Below, in pieces: positions 23,852-36,645 of a DNA stretch of 64,000 nt. Location of the stretch: positions 19,282,001-19,346,000 of the forward strand of contig JBHGNT010000001.1 of NCBI GenBank assembly GCA_043228905.1. Direction: 5' to 3'. Both the position numbers and the translations under genes were made by a program. This stretch comes from Azolla caroliniana (lineage: Eukaryota; Plantae; Polypodiophyta). Positions within the stretch are counted from its first letter, which is position 1. The number at the start of each line of letters is the position of its first letter. The notes under the pieces were generated by a model. It did no database searches and was not told the origin of the DNA. It saw only the letters and a program-made list of their open reading frames with translations.

Positions 23852-25977
23852 CGCAGGTAACGGCAAAGGCATTGAGCCGGTTCTTAGGCTAGATCCGATG
23901 GCACAACTAGATGCTCTGATACTTGGCCGACCTGGCTACACCGTTGCATGCCGCGGTACATCGAACAACATTCCAATGGATGGACATCGAGGATAGGGCA
24001 TATATGGCCCTCAAGGTACTATTGTCGCAAGCACCGGTAGTGCAGCCTCCGGATTGGAGTAAAGAATTTCATGTGTTCGTGGACGCCTCCGACATCGCAA
24101 TCGGAAGCGCACTGATGCAGCTTACGGAGCCAAAGTGGTACCGGCCAGTGTACTATGCCAGCCGAAAGCTATCCCAAGCGGAATGGAACTACTCTACCAC
24201 GGAACGGGAAGCCCTAGGGATGATCTGTAGTGTGACAAAGTTTCGGCATTATTTATTGGGAAGGAAGTTTTCCTTCCATGTAGATCATTCGGCACTCCTC
24301 TACCTAGTGTCCAAGGCGTCACTCACTAGTAAGTTGGCCCGGTGGACCTTACTGTTACAAGAATTCGAGTTCGAAATATTTCACCGACCCGGTATACAGC
24401 ATGCCATAGCGGATTATTTAAGCTGATTAGAGTTCGGAGAGACGGGCGACAGAGTAGTGGACGAGTTTCTAGATGCGGAGCTATTTCGAGTCACTACGGA
24501 AACGGCAGCAGATGAGACGGTGGCACAGGAAGACAAGTGGCTCACAAATATGCACCAGTTTCTGAGCACAGGACTGCCTCCGGAGGAGATGAACCGGGAC
24601 GAAAGGAAACACCTAACGGTGCAAAGCCGACATTTCTGCTTATTGCGAGACACACTTTACCACAAGGGTGCGGACGGCATATGGAGACGGGTTGTGCGCA
24701 GCGATGAAAAGGACCTCATACTGAGGGAAGCCCAATGCGAAGTTGCCGGAGGTCACTATGCCGGAGATGCGACAGCCAGGAAAATATGGCAAAGTGGCCT
24801 ATGGTGGCCAACTACATTAAGAGATGTTGTACGGTACGCAAAAGAATGTGACCTATGCCAGCAAATGGGCCAGCCAACGGAGCAAGCTCGGATGCCACAC
24901 CAGCCTATACTACCACTCGAACCATTCCAGAAGTGGGGGCTGGACTTTGTTGGACCGTTCAAACCACCGGCAATGAGAACAGGTAATCGGTACGTCATCG
25001 TCGCGACGGATTACTGCACGAAATGGGTGGAGGTCAAAGCCTTAAGAGACAACACCGCTGCGTCAACGACAAAATTTCTATACGAATACATCTGGTGCCG
25101 TTACGGATGCCCAATCGAATTAATAAGTGACCAAGGGGGGCACTTTCTCGACCAAGTAGTTGAAAGCCTGACGACATTCTATGCCGTTGTCCATAAACGG
25201 AGCACACCGTACTATCTGCAAGCAAACGGGTTAGCTGAGTTGACGAACAAAACGCTCCAGAATATCCTCCGGAAGATCGTCAATGAAAACCGAATGGATT
25301 GGGATACCAAGCTACATAGCGCGCTTTGGGCATACCGAACAACATACAAAACGAGCATCCGAACAACACCATTCCGGTTAGCGTTCGGACTACAGGCGGT
25401 CATGCCGGTGGAATTCCAAGTACTAAGCTTATGGATCCAGCTACAAGAACGGCTGAACGAGAAGGAGTTGGAGGCAATACGGTTAACAGAGCTGTGTGAA
25501 CTCGAGGAACAACGGCTGGCAAGCATCCTGCACTTAGAATTGGAACATCGGCGACAGAAAGCATTTGTCGACCGGCACAGGAAAGGAAATGAAAAAAAAT
25601 TCGAAATCGGCAAGCCGGTGTTAGTATTTCAGACCCGGATGGGCAAGATGCCGGGTAAACTACGGTTTAGATGGACCGGCCCGTATTGGCTGACACGGGA
25701 GTATAATGGGTCCTACCGGTTAGGGACACTTGCCGGCGAAGTGCTAGGCAAATGGGTCAACGGATTCAGATTGAAGCCATATAGAGGACTAATGCCCAAG
25801 AACCCATTTGAGCAAAGGACCGACACCGGATCGGGAACCGGTGCGGAAACGGCAACCTGTGAGGGAAACGGCAACCACCAAGACGGAGGAGACGGCAAGC
25901 TAGTAACAGGGGAGAATGAGGTGACGACAAACCGTAATGAGGCCGGTAAGGGTCCGATAGGACCAATGGACAAGTAA
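23852..25977 (+). pseudogene. Element A RNase H and integrase
   Basis: FVDASDIAIG, NYSTTEREALG, WGLDFVGP, LISDQGGHF, WTGPY; no chromodomain. Confidence 0.93.
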
Positions 25978-27104
25978 CCTCACCCTACATTAAAAATGAA
26001 TAAATAAATAAATAAATAAAAAGCGAAGTAATCATGCAAAAGCGAGGTATGAATGGACAAGAGAGCGAGGAGCGAAAAGGTACGTAGTGGGCATTTAAGC
26101 GCCGCCACAGGACATAATACTATTTTAGTACACGACGTGCACACGCTCGAAAAGGCGCTAGAATGCACAGAGAAAAACCACTGCGCATGGAGACCCTCTA
26201 CTTTCACGAACCCAGGAGCACAGAAGCACCAAGGCGTTGGAAGATCATCAGATGAGAACCTACACATAGAGAACCCCCGCTTTCTGAACTCTCTCTCTCT
26301 CTCTCTCTCACTCTCATCACCATCCAACATCGCCACCACAATCCGACCTCGACACAGACATGGACCCGCAAACGCTGTCGGGATTCTTGACGATTATGGA
26401 GGCGCCGCCACACAAAGAAGCCAACAAGGTGATCAAAGCAATTGACACAGAGGTCATAACGGAGGAGGCGATTCGTGCGTTAACAGGCCTTCCGGAGGGA
26501 GGCATATTCACGATCGACAATCTGGCCTCGGAGCAACTCATCAAGTATTTTGGTGAGTACTCCCTTGCCAGCAAGGGCTACCGGACACAGGGCGGCGGAG
26601 ATATGCTGTTCCGCGAGATTTCCTGTTAAGAGTCTATTACTAATCAATAGACCAAATCAAGTAAAAAGGAAGAAAATAGATTGGATAGAAGAACCCGTTC
26701 CACCCGACCACCTCCGAGCTATGATCTAGACATAGCCAACCTACCACCGACGTCCCATACCGCCGGATATTAGGATGACTAATACCTTGGAAGAGATAAA
26801 CACGATCGTCGAGACGAAAGCCTAGCCCGCACCACCGGTGTCTACGACAGCAGCCTTCCGACGTGATGATCTCTATGAGGGTAGCTAAGCCTCATATTTA
26901 TACCTTTTCCTAGGCCCCTTGAATAGATGTGCCTTTCTAAAAGGCTCTCTATTCATTGGTTGTCTAAATCATGATAGTGCATGCACATATCATTCATTCT
27001 ATCCAATCATTAGTCCCCTTTTTAATAATAGTGAACATACCCTTCACTAATGTAAATATTAGTGACCTACCCTCACCAACGTTATGTGTACATAACATAC
27101 TCCC

Positions 27105-30100
27105 CTACTTCAAAAGATTGCACTCTTGCAATATAAAGTGAGGAAATTGTGCCTTAAGCGAATGCTCGCGTTCCCATGTGGCATCATCAATAGGTTTATC
27201 CATCCATTTGATCTTGAATAGCCGAATCTCTTTAGAACGTAAACGTTTAGTACGAGAATCAAGAATTCGTTCAGGAACATGAGGTTTGTAAGAAAAATCC
27301 TCTAATGTTACAAGATCTTGGATTGTGATGGTGTTATCACCAGAGCCTAAAAATGGTTTTAGACGACTGACGTGAAAAACAGGATGAATACCCACGTTAC
27401 GAGGTAAGGCAAGGTGATAAGCAGATGACCCAACTCGCTTAAGGATTTCAAATGGGCCACAATATCGTGGGGCTAACTTAGCGCACTTGCCCGTAGATAA
27501 TGACGTAGAATCAGTCGGGACACGCAAAAAAACTTTTTGACCAATAGTAAATGCACGAGGACGTCTATCCTGATCAGCATAAAATCGAGCACGATCTTGA
27601 GCTGTCTTGACATTTTCTTTGGCAATATGCAACATTTGGTTCATGTCTTGCAAAAAATTGCGTGTACTGTCTAATGTATCACGATGAATCGTGACATCAA
27701 CTGGGGCACGTGGCTGAAAACCATACATCAACATAAAAGGACTATATCCAGTGGATGTATGTTTAGAGCTATTATAGGCAAATTCTAAGATAGGAAGGTA
27801 TTGCTCCCACTTAGAAGGGGTTTTTGCTACATAAGCTCGAAGCATGTCCTCAATAATTTGATTAACTCGTTCAGTTTGTCCATCAGACTGAGGATGATCT
27901 GCGGAACTCATGCTCAACGTAGTTTCTAGTTTCTTAAAGACCTGAGTCCAAAAGTCACTAGTAAACTTGGAATCTCGATCACTAACAATATCCATCGGTA
28001 ATTCATAAAAACGAAATAACTCATCAACAAATTGATAAGCCAACTGTTGAGCGGTTACCGTGGTTTTTGTAGGAATAAATCTAGCTAATTTTGTTAGCCT
28101 GTCAACGACAACCCATATGGCATCATGACCCCTTTGTGTACGAGGTAAACTAACAATAAAATCCATTGAGATACTTTCCCATTTATTGTTGGGAATATCT
28201 AAGGGATGTAAAAGACCAGCAGCTTTAAGTCGTTCCGACTTATTAATCTGACATTGTAAGCATTGAGTTACGTATTTATGCACGTCAGAGCGCATCTTAG
28301 GCCAGAAAAAAGTACACGAGATGAGAACGAGTGTGCGTTGTATTCCAGGATGACCAGCAGATGGTGCATCATGACATTCATGAAAATTTTTTTGTTTAAC
28401 ATTTGGTAAATCTGGAACACAGACCTTTCCACTACGGTAGAGCAAACCGTTTGTAATGTGAAAGGTCGCCTTCGAGGGTAGGGTGCTAGTATCGGCATCT
28501 AAACCAGATTCGGCTTTCGTCCAGTATTTTGAGAAATAACTGTCATCAAGGTATTTCCCTCGAAGGTGATCTAAAAGATCAGATTTTATTTCCGTGAAGC
28601 TAAGCATGTTAACTTCTTTAATGCGACTAAGAGCATCAGCAACGGTGTTCATAGAACCCTTGCGATATCGTATGGAAAAATCAAAATCTTGCATAAGGTC
28701 AGCCCAACGGCCTTTACGACCAACAAGATCGGGCTGGTCACAAAAATACTTTAATGATTGATGGTCTGTTGTAACCACAAATTTATTTCCATAGAGATAG
28801 TGCCTCCATGTTTTAAGTGCGTGTATCACCGCAAACAACTCTTTCTCTTGAACCGAATACCGAGATTGAGCAGCATCAAGCTTCTTACTTTCAAAAGCAA
28901 TAGGGTGACCACCTTGATAAAGAACGGCACCAATAGCATAATCACTAGCATCGGTTTCAATTGAGAAAGGCTTAGAAGGGTCTGGTAATAGAAGAGTGGG
29001 AGCCTGACACACATGCTCCTTGAGTGTCTCAAATGATTTGTCAAGTTGTTCATTCCATGAAATTGGTTTGACAGACTTACGTGGATGACCTTTTAAAAGA
29101 TCAGTTAATGGCGTAGTCAATTTGGAATAGTTACGAATTGTTTTTCGTAAAAATCCAACAAACCCTAAGAATGATCTAAGTTCACGAATATTACGAGGAA
29201 TGGGCCAAAGTTTAACCTTTTCAATACGAGAAGGTTCAATTTCAACGCCATTTTCTGTAATTAAATGACCTAGGTACACAATAGATTTTTGGAAGAAGTC
29301 ACATTTTGAATGTTTTGCATAGAAAGAGTTGTCACGCAACTTTCGCAAAACAAATCGAACATGTTGAACATGATCTTGCAAGGTACGGCTATATATCAAA
29401 ATATCATCCAAGAAGACGACAACAAAATCACCGAGTTGATCTCGGAAAACATCATTCATCGCTTGTTGGAATGTGGCTGGAGCATTAGTCAACCCAAACG
29501 GCATGACTAAAAACTCATAATGGCCATAGCGCGTACGAAAAGCGGTTTTAGGAATATCATCCTCGGCGATGCGAATCTGATGATAACCAGTTCGTAAGTC
29601 AATTTTCGTAAAATATCGAGCCCCGTGCAAACGATCAATCAAATCATCGGCACGAGGTAATGGATATGCATTCTTAATTGTCATTTTATTCAAACGGCGA
29701 TAATTGATACACATTCGCCACGAACCTTCCTTCTTCTTGACTAATAGAACTGGCGCACCCCAAGGTGATTTACTATACCTAATGTGGCCCATACTCAAGT
29801 ATTCCTTAAGTTGTTTAGCGATCTCATCCTCTTCTAATCGACTAAGTCGGTAAGGTGGAATGCTCACAGGAGCAGCCCCAGGGATGAGTTCAATTTGATG
29901 GTCCACATTACGTTTAGGTGGTAAAGTAAGCGGTAATTCAGTAGGAAACACATCTTGAAAATCCTCTAAAATAGAGTCGAGTAATCGTTGCTCAAAATGT
30001 GGTAATTGTGTGGCGTCAATATTAAAATAATAAAATTGAACCGCCGGATCAATTACACACGAATAAATTAATGAACTAGAATACTCACTTAAAGATTTAG

Positions 30101-31361
30101 AAGACACAAGTGAATGAGAAGGAAGTTTGGAACATTGAATAAAATGTTTACAATTATTAAGTTCAAATGTGATTGAGTGATTAACCCAATCAATGGACAA
30201 AGAAGGGTTTTTATTAAAAAACCAAGGATATCCTAAAATGACATCTGCGGATTGTAATTTCATAACATGAAAGTCAAGCTTCTCCAAATAAGTATCTATT
30301 TGAATTGGCAGTTGACAAACAATGCCACTGATGTATTGAACGTTTCCATTTGCCATGTGAACTTGATAGATATGATCACTTGCGTTTATGTGGAGCTCCA
30401 TTTGTTGCACAAAGTGATCATTAAGAAAATTGTGAGAACTACCGGAATCAAACAAGAAATGTGCTTGTGTTCCATTGATATATTCGACTGCTCGGAGTAA
30501 ATCATTAGGTCCAAGTAAATGTGAAGGAAAAGTGCATTCACATAAACTTAAGTGATTGGTATGAACTTCAACAATATCAAAAGACTCACCTGTGTGACTC
30601 GTAGATTTGTCTTGAGGAGGGGTGTTCATTGACTTCCTCTCAAGACGACGACAGGTATCCTTTGTGTGGTACCGCTTCTTGCAATATGCACAGAAGAGGT
30701 TCGGTTTCTTTGAGTCGCGGTCAAGAGTGTCACTGGATTGCTTACGTTTCCCAATGAACTTGACATTCGGAGTTTTGGCGAACTCAGGTTTATTGTGGTC
30801 TTTCTTGGAAGTCCTATGGTATCGCAGCACAATGTTGACGGCTTCCTCGAAAGTTGTGGGGTCCTTGTCATGGACAATCCAATGATAATCCCCATTGGGA
30901 ATACCATTCAAAAAACAAGCGACAAACCATTTCTCACCCGTAAGTCCCGATTTTTGGATCTGGATCCGAGCGTGATGCACATAATCCTCGAGAGAGGTAA
31001 ATGGCTTACTAGACAATGTGAGCAAGTGTTGCGCTTGTTCGGTTTGAGAAGGTGGCTGCAAGAATTGTTTCTTAAAAACATCAACGAAACCTTCCCAAGT
31101 TGTGGGTAAGTTTTTTGCGGTCCTTAGGCCACGCCACCAAGCAGCAGCTCGGCCACCTAACTCACGACCGACATAACCAATTTTTACTGCATCGGGCTTG
31201 GGATGAAGCTCAAAGTGAGACTCCCAACGACCAAGCCAAGTGCTAATAGCCTCCTCGGTTCTTTCTTTCTTATCTCCCTTGAAAGGCGTGACTACGAAGG
31301 AAGGTTCACCTTCTTTCTTGGACTCAATAGTTAATTCTTGGAATTTCTTTTCCAATGCCAT
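27105..31361 (-). CDS. Element F gag-pol polyprotein (gag, CCHC, PR, RT, RNase H, IN, chromodomain), 1418 aa
   Basis: Uninterrupted ORF: [63 protein letters not shown], and ERILDSR...IKW...ATWE chromodomain. Confidence 0.95.
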   Translation of the reverse strand: MALEKKFQELTIESKKEGEPSFVVTPFKGDKKERTEEAISTWLGRWESHFELHPKPDAVKIGYVGRELGGRAAAWWRGLRTAKNLPTTWEGFVDVFKKQFLQPPSQTEQAQHLLTLSSKPFTSLEDYVHHARIQIQKSGLTGEKWFVACFLNGIPNGDYHWIVHDKDPTTFEEAVNIVLRYHRTSKKDHNKPEFAKTPNVKFIGKRKQSSDTLDRDSKKPNLFCAYCKKRYHTKDTCRRLERKSMNTPPQDKSTSHTGESFDIVEVHTNHLSLCECTFPSHLLGPNDLLRAVEYINGTQAHFLFDSGSSHNFLNDHFVQQMELHINASDHIYQVHMANGNVQYISGIVCQLPIQIDTYLEKLDFHVMKLQSADVILGYPWFFNKNPSLSIDWVNHSITFELNNCKHFIQCSKLPSHSLVSSKSLSEYSSSLIYSCVIDPAVQFYYFNIDATQLPHFEQRLLDSILEDFQDVFPTELPLTLPPKRNVDHQIELIPGAAPVSIPPYRLSRLEEDEIAKQLKEYLSMGHIRYSKSPWGAPVLLVKKKEGSWRMCINYRRLNKMTIKNAYPLPRADDLIDRLHGARYFTKIDLRTGYHQIRIAEDDIPKTAFRTRYGHYEFLVMPFGLTNAPATFQQAMNDVFRDQLGDFVVVFLDDILIYSRTLQDHVQHVRFVLRKLRDNSFYAKHSKCDFFQKSIVYLGHLITENGVEIEPSRIEKVKLWPIPRNIRELRSFLGFVGFLRKTIRNYSKLTTPLTDLLKGHPRKSVKPISWNEQLDKSFETLKEHVCQAPTLLLPDPSKPFSIETDASDYAIGAVLYQGGHPIAFESKKLDAAQSRYSVQEKELFAVIHALKTWRHYLYGNKFVVTTDHQSLKYFCDQPDLVGRKGRWADLMQDFDFSIRYRKGSMNTVADALSRIKEVNMLSFTEIKSDLLDHLRGKYLDDSYFSKYWTKAESGLDADTSTLPSKATFHITNGLLYRSGKVCVPDLPNVKQKNFHECHDAPSAGHPGIQRTLVLISCTFFWPKMRSDVHKYVTQCLQCQINKSERLKAAGLLHPLDIPNNKWESISMDFIVSLPRTQRGHDAIWVVVDRLTKLARFIPTKTTVTAQQLAYQFVDELFRFYELPMDIVSDRDSKFTSDFWTQVFKKLETTLSMSSADHPQSDGQTERVNQIIEDMLRAYVAKTPSKWEQYLPILEFAYNSSKHTSTGYSPFMLMYGFQPRAPVDVTIHRDTLDSTRNFLQDMNQMLHIAKENVKTAQDRARFYADQDRRPRAFTIGQKVFLRVPTDSTSLSTGKCAKLAPRYCGPFEILKRVGSSAYHLALPRNVGIHPVFHVSRLKPFLGSGDNTITIQDLVTLEDFSYKPHVPERILDSRTKRLRSKEIRLFKIKWMDKPIDDATWEREHSLKAQFPHFILQECNLLK

Positions 31362-32492
31362 ATTGGCCTATCTCATTTCGGCCAATTGATTCAAGGTAGT
31401 AGTGAGCAATTGCTCAATAGTGATCTCAGCTTGTGTGCGAGATGCGGATTGGGGTTGAGAGGTCTCATTTGGAGAGATCGTTCCAACTGCGTTCAAAACT
31501 TGTTCCATGATGCACGCTGTGGGTATGCAATAAAATAAGGAGGTTCAGAAAATACACAAGCAAAATGAATGCTTGAAATTTTGATTGAAAGAACTTTATC
31601 CAAGAAAGTATCTCATGTCTTTACCCCTCTAGACATATGAGATGTGATTCGAGATCCGATAACTATGGTAACACTATGGTGTTTTAAAAACCATGGGGGA
31701 AAACATAGCTAAGATGTATTTCTCGGATCTCTATCTTGAGTAATCATGGCGGCTCCCTGAGGCTCAACCATGGTTCTTACATCAATGAAATTTCCTAGAT
31801 AGCCTTATATTAATGCCAAGCCATCATGTATTATATGGTCGAGAAAGTGTATTACGTGAAAAAACAAGTGCACTCACAAGTAATATTCTAGTCTTGCGAG
31901 CAATAAGCAAACGTGATGATAAAATGATAAAATAAGGCACTACTCATAAGAGTTAAGTAGTGACGAAAACAAGGGTAAAAAAAAGAACCCATGTGTTACC
32001 TACGAAAAAAACAATGTCACAAATAAATGGGAAGTGCAAGGTATGCACATATACATCCCAATATGATTGTTATAACTTGCACAATTGTGACATAAGCCAC
32101 AAATTGATACAAGTGATGACGGTGTTGTGCGCAAAGATGTAATACTCAAATCCATGAGTAAAACATCAATAAGGGAACTCATAAGGTTTTACTCGTTTTC
32201 TAAGGCTTGATGATAAGAGTTAAACCTAGATGACCCGTTGAAAAAAAAATCGTTCAACAAGCCACTCCATAGGAAAAAAATAGTCTACACGTAAAGGTTA
32301 CATTAAAAATAAACGATGTAAATACTTTATACATGAAAAGGAAGTGGAAAAAGGAGAGTTAATTGTGGGCGGGTAAATAATAATTACTAGAAAATCATAT
32401 AAGTGAAACAATACTTATGAAATTAAAATTTAATTAGAATAATCAACAATTAGGTGTATGGAATCAAACATGCCCTAAGATACGAAACCCTA

Positions 32493-32826
32493 GGGTAGTT
32501 GACATGCACCTCCTCAAGACCACCACATATCCCTAGAATCGGCCAAGTAATGGCTAATTAAAGAGGAAAGTGGCATAGGTAAGTGACATATACCTCGTCA
32601 AGGCCACATCATCCCTTAGAATCGGCCAATTGATGGCTAATTAAAAAGGAAAGTGGCATATGTAAGCTACATATACCTTGTCAAGGCCACAACATCCCAT
32701 AGAATCGGCCAATTGATGGCTTAATAGAGAGTAGAGTGGCATAGGTAGGCAACATACACCTCGTCAAGGCCACATCATCCCTTAGAATCGGCCAAGTGAT
32801 GGCTCAATAGAGGGGAAGAGTGGTAT
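32493..32826. repeat. 83-bp tandem repeat x4 in the leader of element F
   Basis: AGAATCGGCC recurs at 32535, 32618, 32701 and 32784. Confidence 0.9.
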
Positions 32827-35800
32827 ACTCAACATCATATGCAAAACGGCCATGAGATAAGCGTGTGCGATTAGAGCAAACACGCTCGACCCAATGCACA
32901 AGAATAATTATTATCGTAAGAGTTCAAGAGAGGAGAGAGTGGGATATATATCGCAATATGCAAAAGGCCATGAGTTGAGCGTGTGCGATTAGTGCAAACA
33001 CGCTCGGCCCGATGCATAATAATAAGTAAAATCGTAGCGTAGTAGGAGGTAGAAAGAAAGAGAATAAAACGTAATACCAATTTGATTCGACCATAAAGAA
33101 CGCATAATAGAAAAAGAGAAGAGATAAAAAAAGAAGAATACCGGGTTTAGAGTGTTGTTTTGATCCTGAGAAGAGCATGACGAGCCTTGTTAGATCCCCC
33201 TCGCTCACACGCAAAAAACATCAAAACAACAAAAAAATTGTTAGTAAAAGCTCTGATACCACTGTTAAGAGTCTATTACTAATCAATAGACCAAATCAAG
33301 TAAAAAGGAAGAAAATAGATTGGATAGAAGAACCCGTTCCACCCGACCACCTCCGAGCTATGATCTAGACATAGCCAACCTACCACCGACGTCCCATACC
33401 GCCGGATATTAGGATGACTAATACCTTGGAAGAGATAAACACGATCGTCGAGACGAAAGCCTAGCCCGCACCACCGGTGTCTACGACAGCAGCCTTCCGA
33501 CGTGATGATCTCTATGAGGGTAGCTAAGCCTCATATTTATACCTTTTCCTAGGCCCCTTGAATAGATGTGCCTTTCTAAAAGGCTCTCTATTCATTGGTT
33601 GTCTAAATCATGATAGTGCATGCACATATCATTCATTCTATCCAATCATTAGTCCCCTTTTTAATAATAGTGAACATACCCTTCACTAATGTAAATATTA
33701 GTGACCTACCCTCACCAACGTTATGTGTACATAACATTTCCTGTGTGCTCCACGAATACGGCCATGTGTACCCTAGACCCCCTGTCATGCCGCAGAACCG
33801 GGCAAGGATGATCATTGCCACCTATGAAGGGATCAAGGTGGATTGGCCGGTATTGATCGCAGACGGTTTGTGTGCGGCGATCGAGATTGTCAGAGGAAAA
33901 GACGGCAAAGAAGGCCGACATGGATGGAAGATATGGCACGAAGTAATGCAGTGGCTCACCTTGCTTGTGCCACTCGTCCAGCCCGTCCAAGAAGTGGGGA
34001 AGAGTGGCGGACAACACCCAAAGGACTGCTTCCAAAAGACAACAGCTATTGGCCTTTAAGGCCACTAAGGGGAAGGCGGCGGACGCAGAACAGAAAAGGA
34101 GAGCGCCAGCCGGAAGCGGCCAACAGATGCGCAGGAGGAACCATCGGTACGGCCCGTAAAGAGTACACTCCGCTGACCGGTGAATAGAGAAGCGGATCCC
34201 GTGGCGGCGAAAATCAATGCCGAGACTCAGGAAGAGGAAATAGAGGAGGAGCCCACGGAGCACCTCCAGCGACGGTCATCGGCAAGGACCGTTGAGGCAG
34301 CCGGGAAACGTTCGGATCCTCAGACGGAGGGAACACCGGCTCCCCATACTGAGACTCCCATGCCAAGGAAGGAACTGGAATCGGTGCGCATGGAACCGGA
34401 ATCAGAAGCCCCTGCACCACTGGCAGCACCGGCAAGTCCCGTACCGCCAGAGCCGGAAAGGTCAATGCAGCCTCCCTCGGCCAACCAAGAAGAAGCGCAC
34501 GGGGAACCAGGACAACAGGGTGGTCCACGGGCAGAAACGGAATTGCAACTCGGCGCAATCAAGCGGCACCACCCACCCACAAGCGAGCCCATCCGTCAAA
34601 CCTCCATGCAAGCGCAACAAAAATGCACCGGTAGCCTATGGCTCCGGTGGATAGGCGAACAGATTGCCTGAGCAGTAGGGTATATTGAGGCGGAAGAAAG
34701 AGCGCAAAGTGAACAGTTGCTCGTCACAACCGAACAACTAGAGACGGCCCGATCCAGAATCCGGTGCCTTGAAAAAGACTTGGATCAGGTCACGACAGAA
34801 ATGGCCAAAATGGCCTTAACGGCAACACAGATCCAAGCACCGGTGACTCCGGTAAGTGTACACAATAAAGAAACAGGCCAACCTATACATATTAATAAGA
34901 CCTTGGCAACAGAAACCGTTCCAGAGAGAGATGCGGCGCAAGCCCAGGAGCTTGCGGAATTGAGAGATGAACTTGCCGCACAAGAAGCACTAAGGAGCCG
35001 TGAACGGGAATTGAAGACAGCGGTCGAAGCCAAATTAAAGAAGACTGATGAGAACCTCCGCCGGGCAGAGGAGAGCCTCCGGAAAGGCCATCAAGAGTAC
35101 GACCGGCTAAGGGAGGAAAAAGACAAAGTGCTACAGGAAAAGGACAAGCTGCGGAAGACGGCGGAAATGGAAATTGAACGGCTAAAGGAGGAGCTCCGAC
35201 AGTAGAAGGACCGCGAGGACCGGGCTCGTCGACAGATCAACGTACAGCTCAAGCAAAAGACAAATGATTTGGAGCACCTGCATCGGGACTACAAACGGCT
35301 GGAAACGGAGCATAAGGAACGGATGGCTGAGCTCCGACAGGAAGTTGATCAGGCCGCGATGGCGCTCGCCGACGAACGAGCGGAAAATACAAGACGGTTG
35401 GACGAGGCGGAGAAGGTCCGGATGGAGCTCCAGAGGCAGCAATAGGAAGAAAGGGAGAGAGCGTCAACGGTATTGCAAAAATTACAAAGCACATATCCAG
35501 GGCAATTGATGCATTACAAGGAGCAGGTAGAAGACAACATCATAATCATCAAGCAATTTAAGGAGGAACGACAAGCGGTGGAGATCAAATCACAGATGGG
35601 AACGGGCCGGATTCAGTGCATCCTCCGGGCATGGCTGAATTAGACAAAACGCTTGATTGATGAAAGCTCCGTAAGATGGTGGACAAAGTGGGCACAAAAT
35701 ACGGCGGAACTCCAATGACGTGGAAAACCGGCGGAAGGAAGGAGATGATTGTTACACGTTGACTTCCGAGGACTTCACCGCCATACGGGACGAGCTGGCC

Positions 35801-36208
35801 GAAGACTTCCAAGTCCTGGCAGATGAACAACTGGTGTAGGTCTAGCAACTTGTAGCTCAGCTAGACGATGATAGGCTGGACGCTCAAATCCAGTTTGAGA
35901 GCTACGAGCGGTCCCGGGTTCGGGAAGAAAAAGCACGAGAAGCGACAACGGTTAACCTTAGTGATGAGGAACCGTCGCCGAACGAGGGCCAGGCCGGAAC
36001 CGGTCAACCGGAGACCACTACGACGGAGGCAGCAACGACGGAAACACCGATGTCAGAGCAACAAACGGAGGCGCAGCAGCAGCAACCACAACAACAACAA
36101 CAACAACCAATTCCAGATGAACCATTGGAGACTCTCGAACAAAGCATTCTGGATATTTTGGACGAAGAATAGCAAGGGTCGGATGGTGGATTCGACGTAC
36201 AAGGTACT

Positions 36209-36225
36209 GTCCCACGGGCGTGCCA
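36209..36225 (+). promoter_or_regulatory. tRNA-Arg(UCU) 3'-end-like sequence (a PBS when read on the minus strand) at the PPT position of element A
   Basis: GTCCCACGGGCGTGCCA ends 2 nt before the LTR start TGTTA; no purine tract is present. Confidence 0.7.
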
Positions 36226-36227
36226 TG

Positions 36228-36645
36228 TGTTACCGGCCTGCAAAGGAGTCCAGAGTGTGAAACGAAGGAGTTATTTAATTATTAAGGGATGGTTGTAAGT
36301 AAGCTATTAGTGTGGACGGACGGACCGGAATCGGTATGCCGTTCCGGATCCGGACCGATCCCGAACAGGTGCGGATGGCACCGGAAACCTATTTAAAGGC
36401 CCGGATACAATGTAATGGGCAACGGATAATTAATGAAGCTTAGTGTTTCTATCTCTCTGTGTTAATTGCCGTTCTGCATTCATTGTTATATCTTACGCGT
36501 GTGATTATTAAGGACGATCTTGCTAAGTAACCTAATTAAGTCGGATTAATCGTTGAGCCTAATCCTCTTGCCGTAACATCCCTTTGGTGAAGTGTCTTCC
36601 GTAGACACCCTGTGTTAGGCCATTGTCCGGCCCTAAGAGTTAACA
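36228..36645 (+). repeat. 3' LTR of element A (418 bp)
   Basis: TGTTA...TAACA termini; CTATTTAAAG TATA-like box at about 36389 on +; end identical to 923-941. Confidence 0.85.

Larger units (their letters stand above)
26624..33736 (-). mobile_element. Element F: very recent Ty3/Gypsy chromovirus
   Basis: 474-bp LTRs at 26624-27097 and 33263-33736 with no difference found by eye. TSD TTTCC. PBS TGGTATCAGAGC at 33250-33261 (tRNA-iMet). PPT at about 27098-27111. Confidence 0.98.
26360..36172 (+). pseudogene. Extra ORF of element A downstream of pol (26360-26623 joined to 33742-36172), split by element F
   Basis: The reading ...MLFREIS|CVLHEYGHVYPRPP... is continuous across the TTTCC TSD. It has a globular N-terminus, a Pro/Glu-rich linker, a long coiled coil (34717-35500) and a poly-Gln tail. 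Several stops. Confidence 0.7.
923..36645 (+). mobile_element. Element A: decayed Ty3/Gypsy non-chromovirus (Athila/Tat-like) LTR retrotransposon, host of insertions B, C and F
   Basis: The last 19 nt of an LTR (CCGGCCCTAAGAGTTAACA, 923-941) are identical to the end of the full LTR at 36228-36645. PBS follows at 949. Domain order is gag-PR-RT-RH-IN, and the reading continues across the three TSD-flanked insertions. Confidence 0.88.

Noticed and set aside
32493-32826. CRISPR-like array or hammerhead ribozyme repeats
   Set aside because: The units are contiguous tandem repeats without unique spacers, the context is eukaryotic, and no complete CUGANGA...GAAA core was found.
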